From contig RHPI01003369.1 in assembly GCA_009103225.1 (NCBI GenBank), positions 146,911 to 210,910 on the forward strand: DNA of 64,000 nucleotides, given 5' to 3'. The notes beneath the pieces were generated by a model. That model saw only the letters and a list, made by a program, of their open reading frames with translations, was not told the DNA's origin and ran no database searches. Shown here piece by piece: positions 50,910 to 64,000 of this stretch. The position numbers and the translations under genes were made by a program. Position 1 is the stretch's first letter. Every line of letters starts with the position of its first letter. The DNA is from Chlorokybus atmophyticus (Eukaryota; Plantae; Mesostigma and Chlorokybus algae).

Positions 50910-53225
50910 ATGTCGCTGGCGGTGGCGGCGGCAGCGGCAGCGGTGGGAGGCTCCGCTGCGGGGGTGGCTTGTAGTTACAAGGGGGTTAGACGTGGTTGCG
51001 GCGGAAAGCTGTGTGCGTGTTTGAAGGCTGGCGGCAACAGGAGAAGGAGTTGCGGCACAGCGGCAGTGGCATTGCGTGCTTGCGGAAGGCTGCTTGGCTC
51101 GAACTCTAATGCAAGGCTGAGCTTCAGCACCTCTTCCTCCTCCTCTCTGTCCTCCTCTCAGAGGTGGCAGTCATGCATGGCGTCGTCCTCAACCTCCGAG
51201 GCGCTGTCTGCTGCTTCCGCACAGCCGGAGGTCGTGCCAGAAGAGTTTGTGCAGCTCGCCAACAGGTGCATGCATCGCCCACCAAAGATTCCCACAATAC
51301 ACTCACTCCGGGTTGTTACATAACGCACACATCATCACTCTCGCAGTGCAGTTGCAGTACGCATGTCTTCCACACATTGCAAATCAAGCAGCGTAACGCT
51401 GTTATATGTTTGCCCTCTGCTCGACCATTGGTCGGTGACCAGCAATTGTTTCCAAGCCAACGTGCATGCTCATGCATGTCAAACACAAGCACGCACAATG
51501 CGCACATTCTCTCAGCATCGTCTTGTGCATGTTCACCTCCCCATTGCTTGCGACATGCAACAACGGTTGGTCCTTCCTGGCTTGTCAGCGTTGTGTTATT
51601 ATACGTTGGGTATTGGTTGCGTACTCTTGGGCATTGAATTGAAACCAAAGTAACCGCACAAGCTTTGTTGCCTGTGTAGGCATGTGGTGCCCATGCACCA
51701 TAATGCTTGCATGCGTGTGCCTTCTGCTGCCACATAACGTCACTGAATTCAACTCTTGCGCAGGTTAGCGGATGCAGCCGGTGAAATCATAACGCAGTAC
51801 TTCCGCTTGCCCATCAACATAGAGGACAAGGCTGACTTCAGTACGTTCAGTTACTTTGGAGAAGTTTAGTCATCGCTTTCAGCATCATATTTTCAGTATC
51901 AACTGCAAGTATTGCAGTCAATCAACACTTGTTTCCATCAGGTCCAGTGACAGTAGCAGACCGGGCAGCAGAGCGAGCAATGCGGCAGCTGATCAACGAG
52001 GCTTTCCCCAGTCACGGAGTGTATGTACATTGACCATTTGTTTTTGTCGGTTTTCAATGCAAGTGGTGGTTCTGCCTTAATGTTGACTGGTGCGCTGTGA
52101 TAATTGTTTTTAAGTTAGTGTAGTGGATTGCAGGTTTGGGGAGGAGGAAGGTTCCGTAAAGGGGTCTGACGGGGGAGAGTATGTTTGGGTTCTGGACCCT
52201 ATTGATGGCACAAAGGCCTTCATCACAGGTACATGCCACATGCACTCTCAACTTCAACAATGCATGCCTATTGATGTATGTTCGCTTTGCTGAAATGTGG
52301 ACACCATTGTGCAAGGGAAGCCGACTTTTGGGACACTCATCGCCCTGCTTCGCTACGGTGTGCCGGTAAGCAACTGACCATCCCTAAACAATGCATGATA
52401 CAACAGCATCAAAGCCTGTCTTGTGGCCCTCGGTATCAGGTGTTGGGTATAATTGACCAGCCAGTGTCACAAGAGAGGTGGGTAGGAGCGGTCGGCACAC
52501 GCACAACTCTCAACAGCAAGCCGATTGCTGTGCGGCCATGTCCGGGAGAGATTGGCTCTGCTTATATGTGAGCGTGCACACACAACAGCGTTGTGTAAGC
52601 ATTCACTGGCATCACCAACAGGCACTGCACTTGTTGGTTCACAGGTACTCCACAACACCGCACATGTTTTCGGGCAAGACTGAGGAGGCCTTTTTCAGAG
52701 TCCGCGATGCAGTAAGTGGTGAAGTGATGTGAGGTGCAGGTATGAAATGTTGCTTTCTTACTCATGACTGATGAATGGTTGACTCAGGTCCGATTACCTT
52801 TGTACGGATGTGACTGTTATGCTTACGGCTTGCTGGCTGCGGGCTTTGTGGATGTTGTGCTGGAGGCATCGCTACAGGTGTGTTGTTGAATGTGTTACGC
52901 AATCCACCTTACTTGAAACAACATGTTGGAGCGAATCTTTACTGCAAACTCTCCTGGACAGCCTTATGACTATCTTGCGTTGGTGCCCATTATTGAGGGC
53001 GCGGGAGGCGTCATCACCGACTGGTTGGGAAGGCCGCTGCGCTGGAGAGAAGGTGAGGCCACGCACACACACACGTGCGCGCACAGACTTGACTTACGCA
53101 TGTTATGTGAGGCGCTGTTGGACATTGTGTTTGTAGGTGATGATGTTGTTGGGGAGGTTGTTGCCGCTGGTGACGTGGCCGTACACGCTGAGGCCCTGCG
53201 CTTGCTGAATTGGACGCAGGGCTGA
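50910..53225 (+). CDS. HISN7: Plastid histidinol-phosphate phosphatase (inositol monophosphatase family, IMPL2)
   Basis: Long transit peptide, then 10 phase-compatible exons with SPVTVADRAAE, FGEE, WVLDPIDGTKAFITGKPTFGTLIALL, YGCDCYAYGLLAAG and PYDYLALVPIIEGAGGVITDW. Stop at 53225. Confidence 0.95.
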
Positions 53226-53374
53226 GTTTTTAGAACAGTAGAGACTTGCGTATTGATCACTGCAGCACGCAGTACATGTTTCCTTTGTGGTGTTGTGACA
53301 GAATGTTGACGATGCGTTCAAAATTGGGTTTCTTTCTTGTTTTGCGAAAATTGTTTGTAGCTCATAGCATATGA

Positions 53375-56300
53375 CTATGTGAAGCTGTAATGGCAGAGCA
53401 CTGCAGCTTGCAGCACAGTTAATAGTGTCCTGTCTGCCTCTGTAACGCTTGTCAAACTGGTGCCGCGGCAGCTCCACTCTGATGGTGAGCATCGCGAAGG
53501 TAAGTCCACTACGCACAGGTGCTCTCCGTTTTGTTTTCTAAGGTAAAGTGGGCAAGAGTGGAAGCTTCCCGCGGCCGACTGCAAGGCATCAGCCAGCCTG
53601 CACGGTGTGAACAGGATGCACAACTGTTGAGTGACGTTGGAGCCGAGCGTGCCAATATCCGCGCATCCCATGTCACTATCAAATGCGAGGACCTCCTGCC
53701 GGCTGTCCCATAATGCGCCCATCAGCACCACGCCGGACAGCGCCACGCTCGCTGATGTTGTTGGCACTCCAACCGTGCTGGAAGCGGCCCGGAAGCTCAA
53801 CACCTGTGCCTTGAAGGCCGCATCGGCAAGGCTGATGCTCTCCGCACGGGCATACTCTTGAAGACATGCGAGGAGGAGCCTGTCGGGACGCACAATCTCC
53901 GCCAGATCGTAGCTCCGTAGCACTGCGCCGCTGTGCCAACGCTCCAAAAATCGCACGCATCCAGCTGCTGACTTCAGCAGAGAGGCGTCCAATGTTGGGG
54001 AAGCGGTGCTGTGCTGCGACAGAGGTATCGGCAGCGTCCGCGATAAGACTCCCAGTATGGCATCCATGTCTTCAGCTTCTTCCAGCAACACGGCGCTGGT
54101 GAAGCTCTTGCTTACGGGCCAGGCTTTGCGCATGGATCTTAGAGAGTTGGTCATGTCATCAAGCTGCAAAGGTATGGACTTTGCTGCCACAACTGGTGTG
54201 GCCCCATTGCCGGGTGCAGATATACGCGGTAACAGGGATAGGAAGTGAGTATATCCATTGCGCAGAGCAGACACGTGCGCACGTGCAGGCAGGAACAGGA
54301 GATCGATATCTGCGCTGGGGGGTAGGATGTCTGTCACCCAGCGGTTTATATCTTCCAGGTACACGTTGTCTGGTGGCGCACCAACGGTTCGGCTTGACAC
54401 AACGTACTGGTCAGTGAGTATGAATCTGGAAACAAACTTCTCTAACAGAGCCTCACACTGCTGGGCGTCAAACGGGTTGCCCAAAAGAGTTGAATAGACT
54501 GTGGAGAGCGATGATGCGAGTGTTCGAAAGTCTAATGTGCAGTTCTCTGCCAATGCGTTGACGTGTTGTTGGATTATAACCAGCGCAGCCATGAAGTCAT
54601 TGTGGCTCCAACATGGCGATATCCTCCAGCCGGCGCCCGCATACCTGCTACCTCGCCAATTGGCCACAGCGTGGAAGAGTATCAAACCAAAGGCGCAGCG
54701 CTTGAAGGCATTCATTTGCTGCGGGCGAAGCAACTCCATGCCTGGTCTGTTTACTGATGTTGGCAAGCTATGATAAGAAGCAAAGACAGCGTCACGCAAG
54801 CAGGCCGGCTCGCCAATAACAACAACATGCCCGGCGGCGGCGATATCAACAGTGAGACGGGTTACATCGCTCAGCTCCATTAGCAGCCAGAGACGAAACT
54901 CTTCGCCACTATCGCGCTCAACGAGATGCCGATGCACACGGCGCAGCCATGTGGAGGTGATATCGGTGCACTGAACACAAAGCCAGTCGCTGAGGCGCTG
55001 CGCATCAGCAATGGCGAGTGAGACCTCGTCGATATCATCGTCCTGCGCCACGGATAACAGCTTTGCTGCCGGCAACCCCACGCGCCTTGCCAGCTGGCGC
55101 ATCAGCAGCATGGGTTCGGCCCCACGCGTGGCGCACATGACAAATATCGGCGTCGTGCGCGTGGACCGCTCCAGAGCAACTCTGAGCCGAGAGACGGCAT
55201 CAGTGGATATCGATGCCGCCTTGCACCCAACCTGAGTGCACAACCACTCCATTGCGGCCAACCCGTAGTCTGGGTAAGCGCTCTGAAGCAGACACATGTG
55301 TTGGAAAGCAGTGAGTCTGTTCACCCAATGCTCAGGCAGCGGGGATATCGCTGCAGCGGGGGTGTCGTCGACATCCCCGCCACACGCAATGGCCTGCATC
55401 TTGCGCCGACACGACTCCCACAACACAACCTCTTTCTCTCGCAGCGCTTGCACTCCATTGAGTAAGTGCTTCACGGGGTAGTACACAGCTAATTCAGATA
55501 GAGTTTGCACGCCCTCTTGCCGGATGAAGAAGTCCCATTCGGAGTCTGTGACCTTGCCAGTATCTCTCAGGAACATTGCCGAAGCAAGCAATCGCAGGAG
55601 AAGCATCTGCTCGTTGAGTAGTGAATTTGCAAAGCCCCGCATAGTGTTGGCGACGGCTTCTGATACAAACGCTGGAGCGGATATTGCCGCCTCCTGGTTG
55701 GCCTCTTCTATGCCTTCCAGCGCCTTGGTTATATGTATCGCATAGTCAGATGCAAAGGAGTCCAAAGACACCAGCGGCACTGATATCCTTGGCATCAGCT
55801 GCCGAGCGGCCGACATTGCACAGACAGCGTGTCTCCCGAGCCTCACCAACCCGGGTGATATCGCTGGCACGGCCTCGATGTCTGTCAAAGCCTGGGCCAA
55901 CCTCCCCTCATACTCCTCCAAGCTGACTGTAGTGGCAACCAGAGTATCAACCAGAGTGCTGTCATTCCAGACCTCCCCGCCCGACTTGGATATCAGCACG
56001 ACAGTCTTCCTCATCAGCTCCTGGATCATGTCTGAGGCTGTGTCGTGGTCGGATATCAGCCGCTGCAGGTGGTCGGACACCAATGCCGGGCGCAGTTTGC
56101 GTGACATGAAGGCCCTCATGCCCTCCCCAGAACGACGACAATCCACCACGTTGAACATGTCAAACACCTCTGCAGGCATACCCGGCGTGTTTGCCTCCCG
56201 CGTGTACAGTATCAGCCTTAGGCCCTGCGCTCTGTCCACCGCATCATCCACAATACAGCCTCCCGCCCCAGCACCTGCGTATGTACATAGCGTTGTACAC

Positions 56301-59300
56301 TTGTTCATACGTAATTCTGCTCGTAGTATGTGCATGCCGATTGCATACATGCACACGGGCACGCGCTTGCACGGACGCACACGCATGGACACACGCATGC
56401 ACACCCAAACCAGCGACCTACCTCCATATGCCATCCCGTACTCCGGCATGTTGGCTCGCATGCGTGAGAGGACAGCAACATCATATGGTGCTGCGACTTC
56501 CAGTAGGACAGAGGCTCCCGAGCGGACACTCTCCTGGATGTTGGCAATGAGGTTGGGTTCCCACGCGGTCATCTTGCGCCACCTTGCGCCGGTACGCAAC
56601 ACGGACCCAGACCCAATCAACCCCACAACGGCCCCGTATGGATCCACCAACAGAGGCCGCTGTCGGCTGAACCCGATCGTGGCCACGGTCTCGCGCAGGC
56701 AGCGTTCTGAACACTTGCTCTCACTCAACACCCACGGGGACTTGGTCTCACGGAAGGCAAGGAACGGCAGGAGATCAAAGCTGGAATTCATCTCTACCCC
56801 CACAGCTGCAATGGATAGTAGGTTAGCTAAGAGAGTGTGACCCTCAATGCAGAATAATTTTTACACAGTAATGCGCGTAGCACTATGTTCTCAAAAGTGC
56901 CTAGCAATGCATGATTACAAGAGCACTGGCCAAGTTGCAGCATACAAACTGCCTGTAAGACAAGCAAGAATTACAGCGGTATGTATGCCATTGTATGCCG
57001 TTGAATGTTACATGCTGACACGCACAGTGCGAATCCAACTGAATGTGCAGTTACGGTGTGCATGTGCTGACGGTTTTAGCACCTCTTTGACACACCATGC
57101 ATGCCGGCACAGCAGCATACCCCAGTTGTACACACGTACGCACAGGATACCAATCTACACGGGGCGTAAGCATATTCAGTTACTACGCAACATAGAAGCT
57201 GATGGGCGCTCTCACCTTTGCCTTCAGTGCGGAGGTCCTGCAGTGCCTTACTCCGTCCTGCAGGCCCGAATGGCGCCAGGTGCGATAGGCATGCGGCGGC
57301 GAGGGCGGCAAATCCGCGGAGGTTGGCGGCGCGGGCGTCGAGCTCCAGGAGATACGCCTCCCACTTGGCCTCCTGCCCCGCCAGCGTCCCGACCATTGCA
57401 CGCAGCTGGGCAATCTCCGCCAGCAGAGCATCGCGTGCCGTGGAAAACTTCTCCTGCGTCGCCAAGGTCTTGCTGCGCCGCCCCTGCTTGACAACGATCT
57501 CCTGCGGGTAATCAACATGACCCGTAAGCGGACAGCGGACTTCGACTTCAATGCGTATGTCAGTGGCATTGCACACAGTATCAAAAGATTGTCTAAACAG
57601 TTGGAATATCAACGACGAGAGAAAGTGAGACAGGGGCGGTGGTGAAGAGTGTGTGTCTGCATGTGTGCGTGCGCATGTGTGTGCAGATTGCTTGCACCAT
57701 GAAAACTTGCAATCACATTTTGACTTTGAGTGCCCTGCGTACCTCTTCCAGCGCATGGACGCGCTCTTGCATCTGGATAGCAGTCTGCTGCGTGACCTCA
57801 ATACGGCGCTGGGCCTCTGCGATCTTCTGAGCCTTGAACACAGCCGCGCCTTTCACTTTGGTATACCCGTCGACAGCAAGGACCCAGGCACACAGGTAGC
57901 TGCAAGCGTGGTTGGATTGCTCGACGGTGGTGGGCCTGAACGACGGGTAGCGCACGTACTTCTGTAGACTCCTGAGCGTGGCGTCGGCCACGCGCTCGCG
58001 GTCGAACCTCTCGAGGCGGGACCTGAGACTGATGCCGGCAATGGCGGTGTTGATGGACTCCATGAGGAGACGTCTCACGGCGGGCCAGTCGGGCTCGAGG
58101 CCGAGTAGCAGGCAGATGGACTCCATGACGAGGCGCACGAGGCCGGGAGGGGTCTGGTACCCGCGCACGGCCTGGAGGTCCTCGCGGGTGACGTGGCGGA
58201 GGTCGGCGAGGGCATCGGCGTACGCGGCCTCCGCACGCGCGAGGTCCTCCTCAGTGGTCTCTCTAAGGGTGGCCACCTGAGCAAGGGTGCGGGACACGCG
58301 GGCCTCGTCCTCAGCCAGACGTGCGTGCAGCTCGTCCACAGATCGCTCCGCGTCCGTCACACCGACAAGCAACTCGCTCGACTCACTCGCCGCTGACGCA
58401 AGCAACGGCTCCACCTCAGCCAACTCCGCGTCGCGCTTTGCCAGCCGCACCCGCGCCGCCGACAACACTCCGCACGCTGTCCTCACCCTTGCCGTCTCCC
58501 GATTCAACAACTGACACGAGTAGGTATGTATCAGAAGCATGCACTCCAGCAACCAAAGGATCAAGCGTTGCATATGTGTCGACATGACGTGCTGCACTCA
58601 ATAGCCCACTTTCCTCACCTTCTTGTGGTTGGTAATAAAGGTCTTGATGTGGTGGACGAGTTCAGCAGCGGCAGACAAGGGCACATGCAATGCGAGGGAG
58701 GCGGGGTCGAGGTCAATGGACAACCTATCATGCTCCTGCGCTGCAGCGTGCGTGACGGCCCACTTGTGCACGCATACACACAACTTAGCGAGGGACTGCG
58801 GGTCCTCGATGACAGAAGCTTGGCTGGACTCAGATGTAAGCGACTCAAGGAAGAAGGGGTACAACTCCTCGTCTATGGGCGGGTGGAACATGTTGGGTAG
58901 GAGGTTTGCATGGAGGGCAGGGTGCGTCGATGCCAAGGATTGGTAGGTTGTTGGTGAGGTGACGAGTACGATGTGGAGGTTGTGTCGCACAGCTGCGGCA
59001 AAGAGAGCGTGCGAGTCCTTGTACGCGGCCTTGTTGGGCACGTCGTCGATGCGATTAAAGTATAGAGTCGCCGCCGTGTCGATATCTGCCTCCGATATTA
59101 ACCCAGGTACCCGGCCCGACATCATCAATGGGGTGAGGAGGTCCAGCAGCTCGGGTCGGCTGGACTCACGCTCGAGGACAAGGAGGACCGTTGTTGACAC
59201 AACAGCTTCAGATATCGCTTGCACGACAAGCGCTTCCAGCTCTTCTGCAGGTGTCGCTGAGTCCTCTCCCCCGCTGATATCACCAATGCGGATGAGCTTC

Positions 59301-62300
59301 GCCCCGACCAGGCGGGTAGATATCTCTGCTACGCTGCGGCGCCCCAAATTCGGCCCTCCAACCAACGCGCAGCTCCCATTGGGCCACAACGAGTCCAACC
59401 TTCTCACCAGCCTCATCACGTGGTTCATGAAGCCGGGAAAGAGCGCCTTCATAGGCGCGAGCATGACTCGGGTCGTTGTCAAGAGCTCGTGCTCGATATC
59501 GAACTGAATGCGCGGGATCTGCTCATCGATAAGTGCGCGCCACTCCGACCTCGCCTTCCCATTGCTAACATCGCAGTACGACTCCGGGCCCCCAGACAAA
59601 GGTAACATCACCACCGCGGGCTCGGGTGCGAATATAAGGGCTCCCGGCTGGGCTTCAGGCCAGACTTCATGAACCTCATGACACAGCCACGCGAGCACGT
59701 TGTCAAACAGGTTCACGCTGGCGCCGATATCGATCCCGTCTCTGCACTCACGCACAATCTCGTGAAACCATATCTGATGGAGGGCGACAATACTTGCAGC
59801 GGGGTCGATGGCGTCCAACGCACGGAGAGCAAGCCGACATGCCGAATGCATTGCACGACAGAGCGGCTTCAGCAGCGGGTTCAATTCGACAATGTTCATC
59901 GTACGCAATTTCTTTATCAACAGCAAGGAGGATGTTATGAGTGATGCAGAGGATATCCACTCTGGATGCGCTCCCCCGAGTGTGGATGTCGCAACCGCTA
60001 CGAGCACCGCCCTTGCGAACAACTCAGCCACCTCGTCCTCCGTCCGCATCATGAAGAAGTGACGAAGCAGCCGACTACTCGCATACGACATGCTCTCATC
60101 CGCCACCCCAACCACGTGCACACCCTCCACCCTGAGCAAGCAAGGCACTTTGAACAACTTCCCTGATACGAAACTGATGTTGTCACTACACATGTACGTA
60201 CTACTGTACGTTGTGTTTTTCACAGTCAAGGCAAGAGACATACATTAACTCACCTGTAGTGCGTGCCTTCTTCTGAGTGGTAGAATGTACTCGAGTCCAA
60301 AAGTTGTCTCACCCACTCGTGCGCTTTGGGCGCTCTCGCGCTCACTCTCCCGCGCGTGCACACGCCAACATGAAGGTCATCGACAACAAGGACGGGCTCT
60401 TTGTTCCGCGGTCGGACACCCCCACGGCCATCCTTCTCCGCAGTCTCCATAAGAGCAACCTTGAGGTCATTGGCACGGGTGGTGGCGGTGATGTGGACAT
60501 GTGGAGGCAGGGACGCATCCCCACCCTGTCTCAAGTATACCCCCATCGCCGCGCACGTCTTGCCTGACCCACGTGGGCCTGTTATCAGCAACGGCCGCCC
60601 AGACAACGCCAGCAGGCGCGCCAGTTGCCTGCACGCGAGGGCGAAGGGCGTTGGGACCCACACGCACAACGGCGAGGAGAGCAGAGTCTGGTGCCGATGG
60701 CCTGGATGCGTGCCCGCTGCAGTCGACCAGCCGCGTGCTGTCCCCTGTTCATGTTTAGAGTACGTCAATTGCATCATGTCTACTGTTCCACGCACACGCA
60801 CATCCGCCTGTGTACACATGTTCAACACTCACACACGAGTGCAGACCCCCCCCCACACACACACACCCCTCCCTCCCCCCTGGGGTATGCGCAACCACAC
60901 GCGCGCGAAGACACACACTCTTCATTGTGCTGCAACTAACTTGCGGTGCGAGTCCGGGACCTGCTTCGTCTTCCCACGGGACAAACCGCTGCCTCATGAC
61001 GCAGATTCTGTAGTCAAAGCTGGCAACATGCACAAACTCTCAGGCCAAAACGCTCACACCCAGCAACAACCCTCATGCACACGCACCGCAACATCCCTCG
61101 CTTACAGCGTGGTGGCGTGGGTCATGCTTGATGACGTTGAAGGCGCGGGCAACACGGCCTCGAGGTTGCGGTTAGAAGCTGACCGGCAATGGTCCCGCAG
61201 TGCGCGGTCTATGCGCAAGCACACTTGATTGTGTTGTGATGTTGTGGTGTGTTGCTGGGACATTGATCTCGATGCTCGCGTGCCAGGGATGCGACACGTG
61301 CTTGACAAGAGCGCCCACGCCACCGTGAACAACACGTACATGTGCACTAACGGCTCGGTTGGCTTGGACCCGTCCCCATGATGGACCCAAAGGAGGCTTT
61401 CCATCAGCTCAAAGGCGGCCGCCAGGGTAATATCGTCCCCGCTGTCACATGCATGCACGGCCATGGCAGCTCCCGCCGCAGCGATATCAAGCAGGGGACT
61501 GTCCACGAGCCATGGGCAGCGCGCTCCCGCATGTTTGATGAACGCCTCACATGCTTGTGAAGGGAGTTTGTGCTGGTGTAATGTGGTGCCTGGGATGTGG
61601 AGGAGGGCAGCGGAGAGCAGCAGTGAGGGGGGTGCATGAGGCATGGTTTCCAGTTCGTAGATGATGGGAATAGAAGCGGGCGTGATGGAAGAACATGCCA
61701 ACGCGCTGCCATCGACCACAAGCCATGCCGGTGTGCCTGACAGATAGGGTACTTGAGTTGCAACAAACATGGCCACACACGCACACGCACACACATGGCG
61801 CACGCACATGCACGCGCGCGCACAGCTCCTGCTATAATTTGTACACAGGGGCATGTTGGGCCCCTCATCTTGACAAACACTCACCTTTGACGAGCTTGAG
61901 CTCCTCCACAGCCTTCACCACGACCTCCCTCGCTTCGGCCTCGTCATACGCGCCAACGTAGACAGCTCGCTGGACTGCTCCGCACGCTTGCGCGAGAGCC
62001 TCCCGCACCCATGTCTTCCCGCACCCCGCCACTCCCAACACAACCACAACGGCAGCCTCTCCCCATCTCCTCTTGCCACTCTCAATCATGTCGTACAACA
62101 TCAGCGCCCGCTCTGACACAGCCATTCCTCCTTCACCGCCGTCCAACTTCATCGCTATGAGCTGTCTGACTTCATTAGTGCCAGGATGTGGTGATGTGGG
62201 TATCAATGAACCCCTTCTGGAAGGAGTGACACAACTCTCTTTACTCCCCGCATCGCAAAAGGTGTCTTGAGCGAGCGCGGTGAAGAGATAAATATCTTTC

Positions 62301-64000
62301 TCATTAAAACGTGGGGATAGCGCCGCAATGCACGCAGAGAGCATCACGCTGTCAGATGATGGTGGTATGTCCGACAACAATTTGTTGTTAATAGTTTTGC
62401 TGTTGAAGTTGTTGCTAAGTCGAGTGGTAAGTATCTCCTCCGTGCAGGCAGCAACTGCTTTGACCTCTCTCAGACCAAAGTCATGCACACCCGGCCGGTG
62501 CGACAGCCTTGCTTTCAGAGCCTGAGTGAATGCAGCTGGTAAACATGTGTGGATGTGAGCGCAGAGGTGCGGGCGTGTGTGTATATGTGTGTGTGGGTGG
62601 TTACACGCGCATATGTTGGCATGCATGTGTACACGTGTGCTTTCTCTTGCCTTGAATAGGCAAGCACATTTGCGAGCGGCATCATGGGCTTGCGGAAGGC
62701 CGACGGACGCAAGCCGAAGCTCCAAAGCAACCTGTTGAGCGTGAGCAATGAGACACAAACCAACATAACGTCACACACAACTGCTTACCTGCATGTCTAA
62801 GGCTGGCAGGGCGACGCGTCTTCCGAGCCACTGGACAGTGCGGTGTATGTGTGTTTGTGCATTACTATTATTATTGTGGCTGTCAACATCAGCAATGAAG
62901 CAAGCGAATCCCGGCAAGACCGTGAGAGGGGCCATCTGATCCCCACGGGATCTGTATCGGTCCTTGCCCGCAGCCATGGCCTCATACGCAGCACGAAGGT
63001 GGTTCACCACGCCGCTCGGTACACTCTCACTCACACCCTCCAACACAACCCATGCCGCACATGCCGCCGCCCCCGCCACGCGCATTGCGAGCGACAACGC
63101 TGATGACGACGAGGACGGGAGCGATAGCACCCAGCGGCCACACGCTGCGGCAACCTCGCGGACGGTCTCAATATCAACACCGGCGCACATGCGGCCCGAG
63201 GCCACGCAGGAGAGGACGGCGTGAAGGGTGACAGGAGAAACCGGGTGAAGACCCCTCACCTGGTGTTACGTTGGGTTGGAGTTGTTTGACTGAAAACTGT
63301 CAATGGTAAGCACGGAATACTTACCTCTCCTCCAGTGTACTCCCACCCGTACTCTACACGCGCATCCAGCGCAGATACCATGCATCCGTCGATATCTGGC
63401 TCCCACATGCACTGCAATGAGGAGCATATTGGTCAGTATAGAACTGCTACTGTTGGCAACGCATGCAAGACACTGATTGTGGTTTTCACCTGCATTTTGG
63501 AGGCCCAGTCATACTCGTCCGTGCGCCCAACATTCTTCTCCACAAGCTCCTCCACAACAAGTTGATGCGCGGCCGTGAGAGCCGCCAGCTGTCCGTACAC
63601 CAACACGCCCTGGGTGTCCCCCACGTCACGTGCACGCTTCTTCCCGAACGCGGCCAACGTCCTCGTCGTGCTCTCAAGCAAGTCCCGCAAAGCCCTCCTG
63701 TGGCCTTTTCGCCTCGCCTCGAAGGCCGAAGCCACGGCGTCGGTCCACACGATCTCGTGCACGAGGGCGATCGATTGCAGCGGGAATGACGTCACCCACT
63801 CGTCCTGAGGCGTGGACAACACGGACCCGAGACACTCGCGCGTCTTCGCCTTGAACGTGCCGTTGATCTCACGGGTCAACCGACCGATCCATTCGTCAGG
63901 AGCGGTTTGGATCGAGTCGGACACAACAACGGGAGAGCCGAAGAGAAGCTCCTCGCCATGACGGGAGCATACGCCGACGATGGAGAGATTTGTGTATGAG
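53375..64000 (-). CDS. Highly divergent dynein heavy chain (5' part outside the window) with a degenerate AAA1
   Basis: Linker (FPLQSIALVHEIVWT...EYDWASKMQ), YGWEYTG, HDFGLREVK, AAA2 GVAGCGKT, AAA3 GPRGSGKT/VDDLH, AAA4 GGPNLGRR, stalk/MTBD (TPPGLVRLVMESICLLL..PDW...ACSYLCAWV), AAA5 RPLLVDPYG, and a C-terminal CPLY...LPS...W..RG segment. Long stop-free ORFs. Confidence 0.9.

Noticed and set aside
53375-56803. The 1142-aa ORF as a standalone gene
   Set aside because: It is the dynein 3' region read through an in-frame intron (about 56420-56276) and has no independent start.

Overview
Eukaryotic nuclear DNA with short GT-AG (and several GC-AG) introns, CA/GA microsatellites and three assembly gaps (N at 4365, 13164 and about 48960-48968). 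Plastid-targeted genes, a plant-type DNA ligase VI and a dynein heavy chain point to a flagellated green alga, possibly an early-diverging streptophyte (inference). Apparently intact genes: LIG6, HISN7/IMPL2, a bacterial-type SRPBCC/Aha1-like gene, a stefin-type cystatin with a signal peptide, a 5'-truncated and very divergent dynein heavy chain, and several orphan genes. Intron-retaining decayed copies: plastid RPL15, cofactor-independent phosphoglycerate mutase and a second stefin. Mobile DNA: two miniature LTR elements (TRIMs) with tRNA-like promoter boxes split around the primer-binding site, plus a probable DIRS-like RT relic. Top leads: (1) a dynein heavy chain whose AAA1 P-loop is lost while the stalk/MTBD and long ORFs are kept; (2) Helenus-like TRIMs; (3) secreted stefins; (4) a probable bacterial gene transfer that gained introns; (5) 10-11 nt palindromic insertions that disrupt three genes. 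No rRNA, intact tRNA gene or CRISPR array was seen. All calls come from manual reading without database searches.
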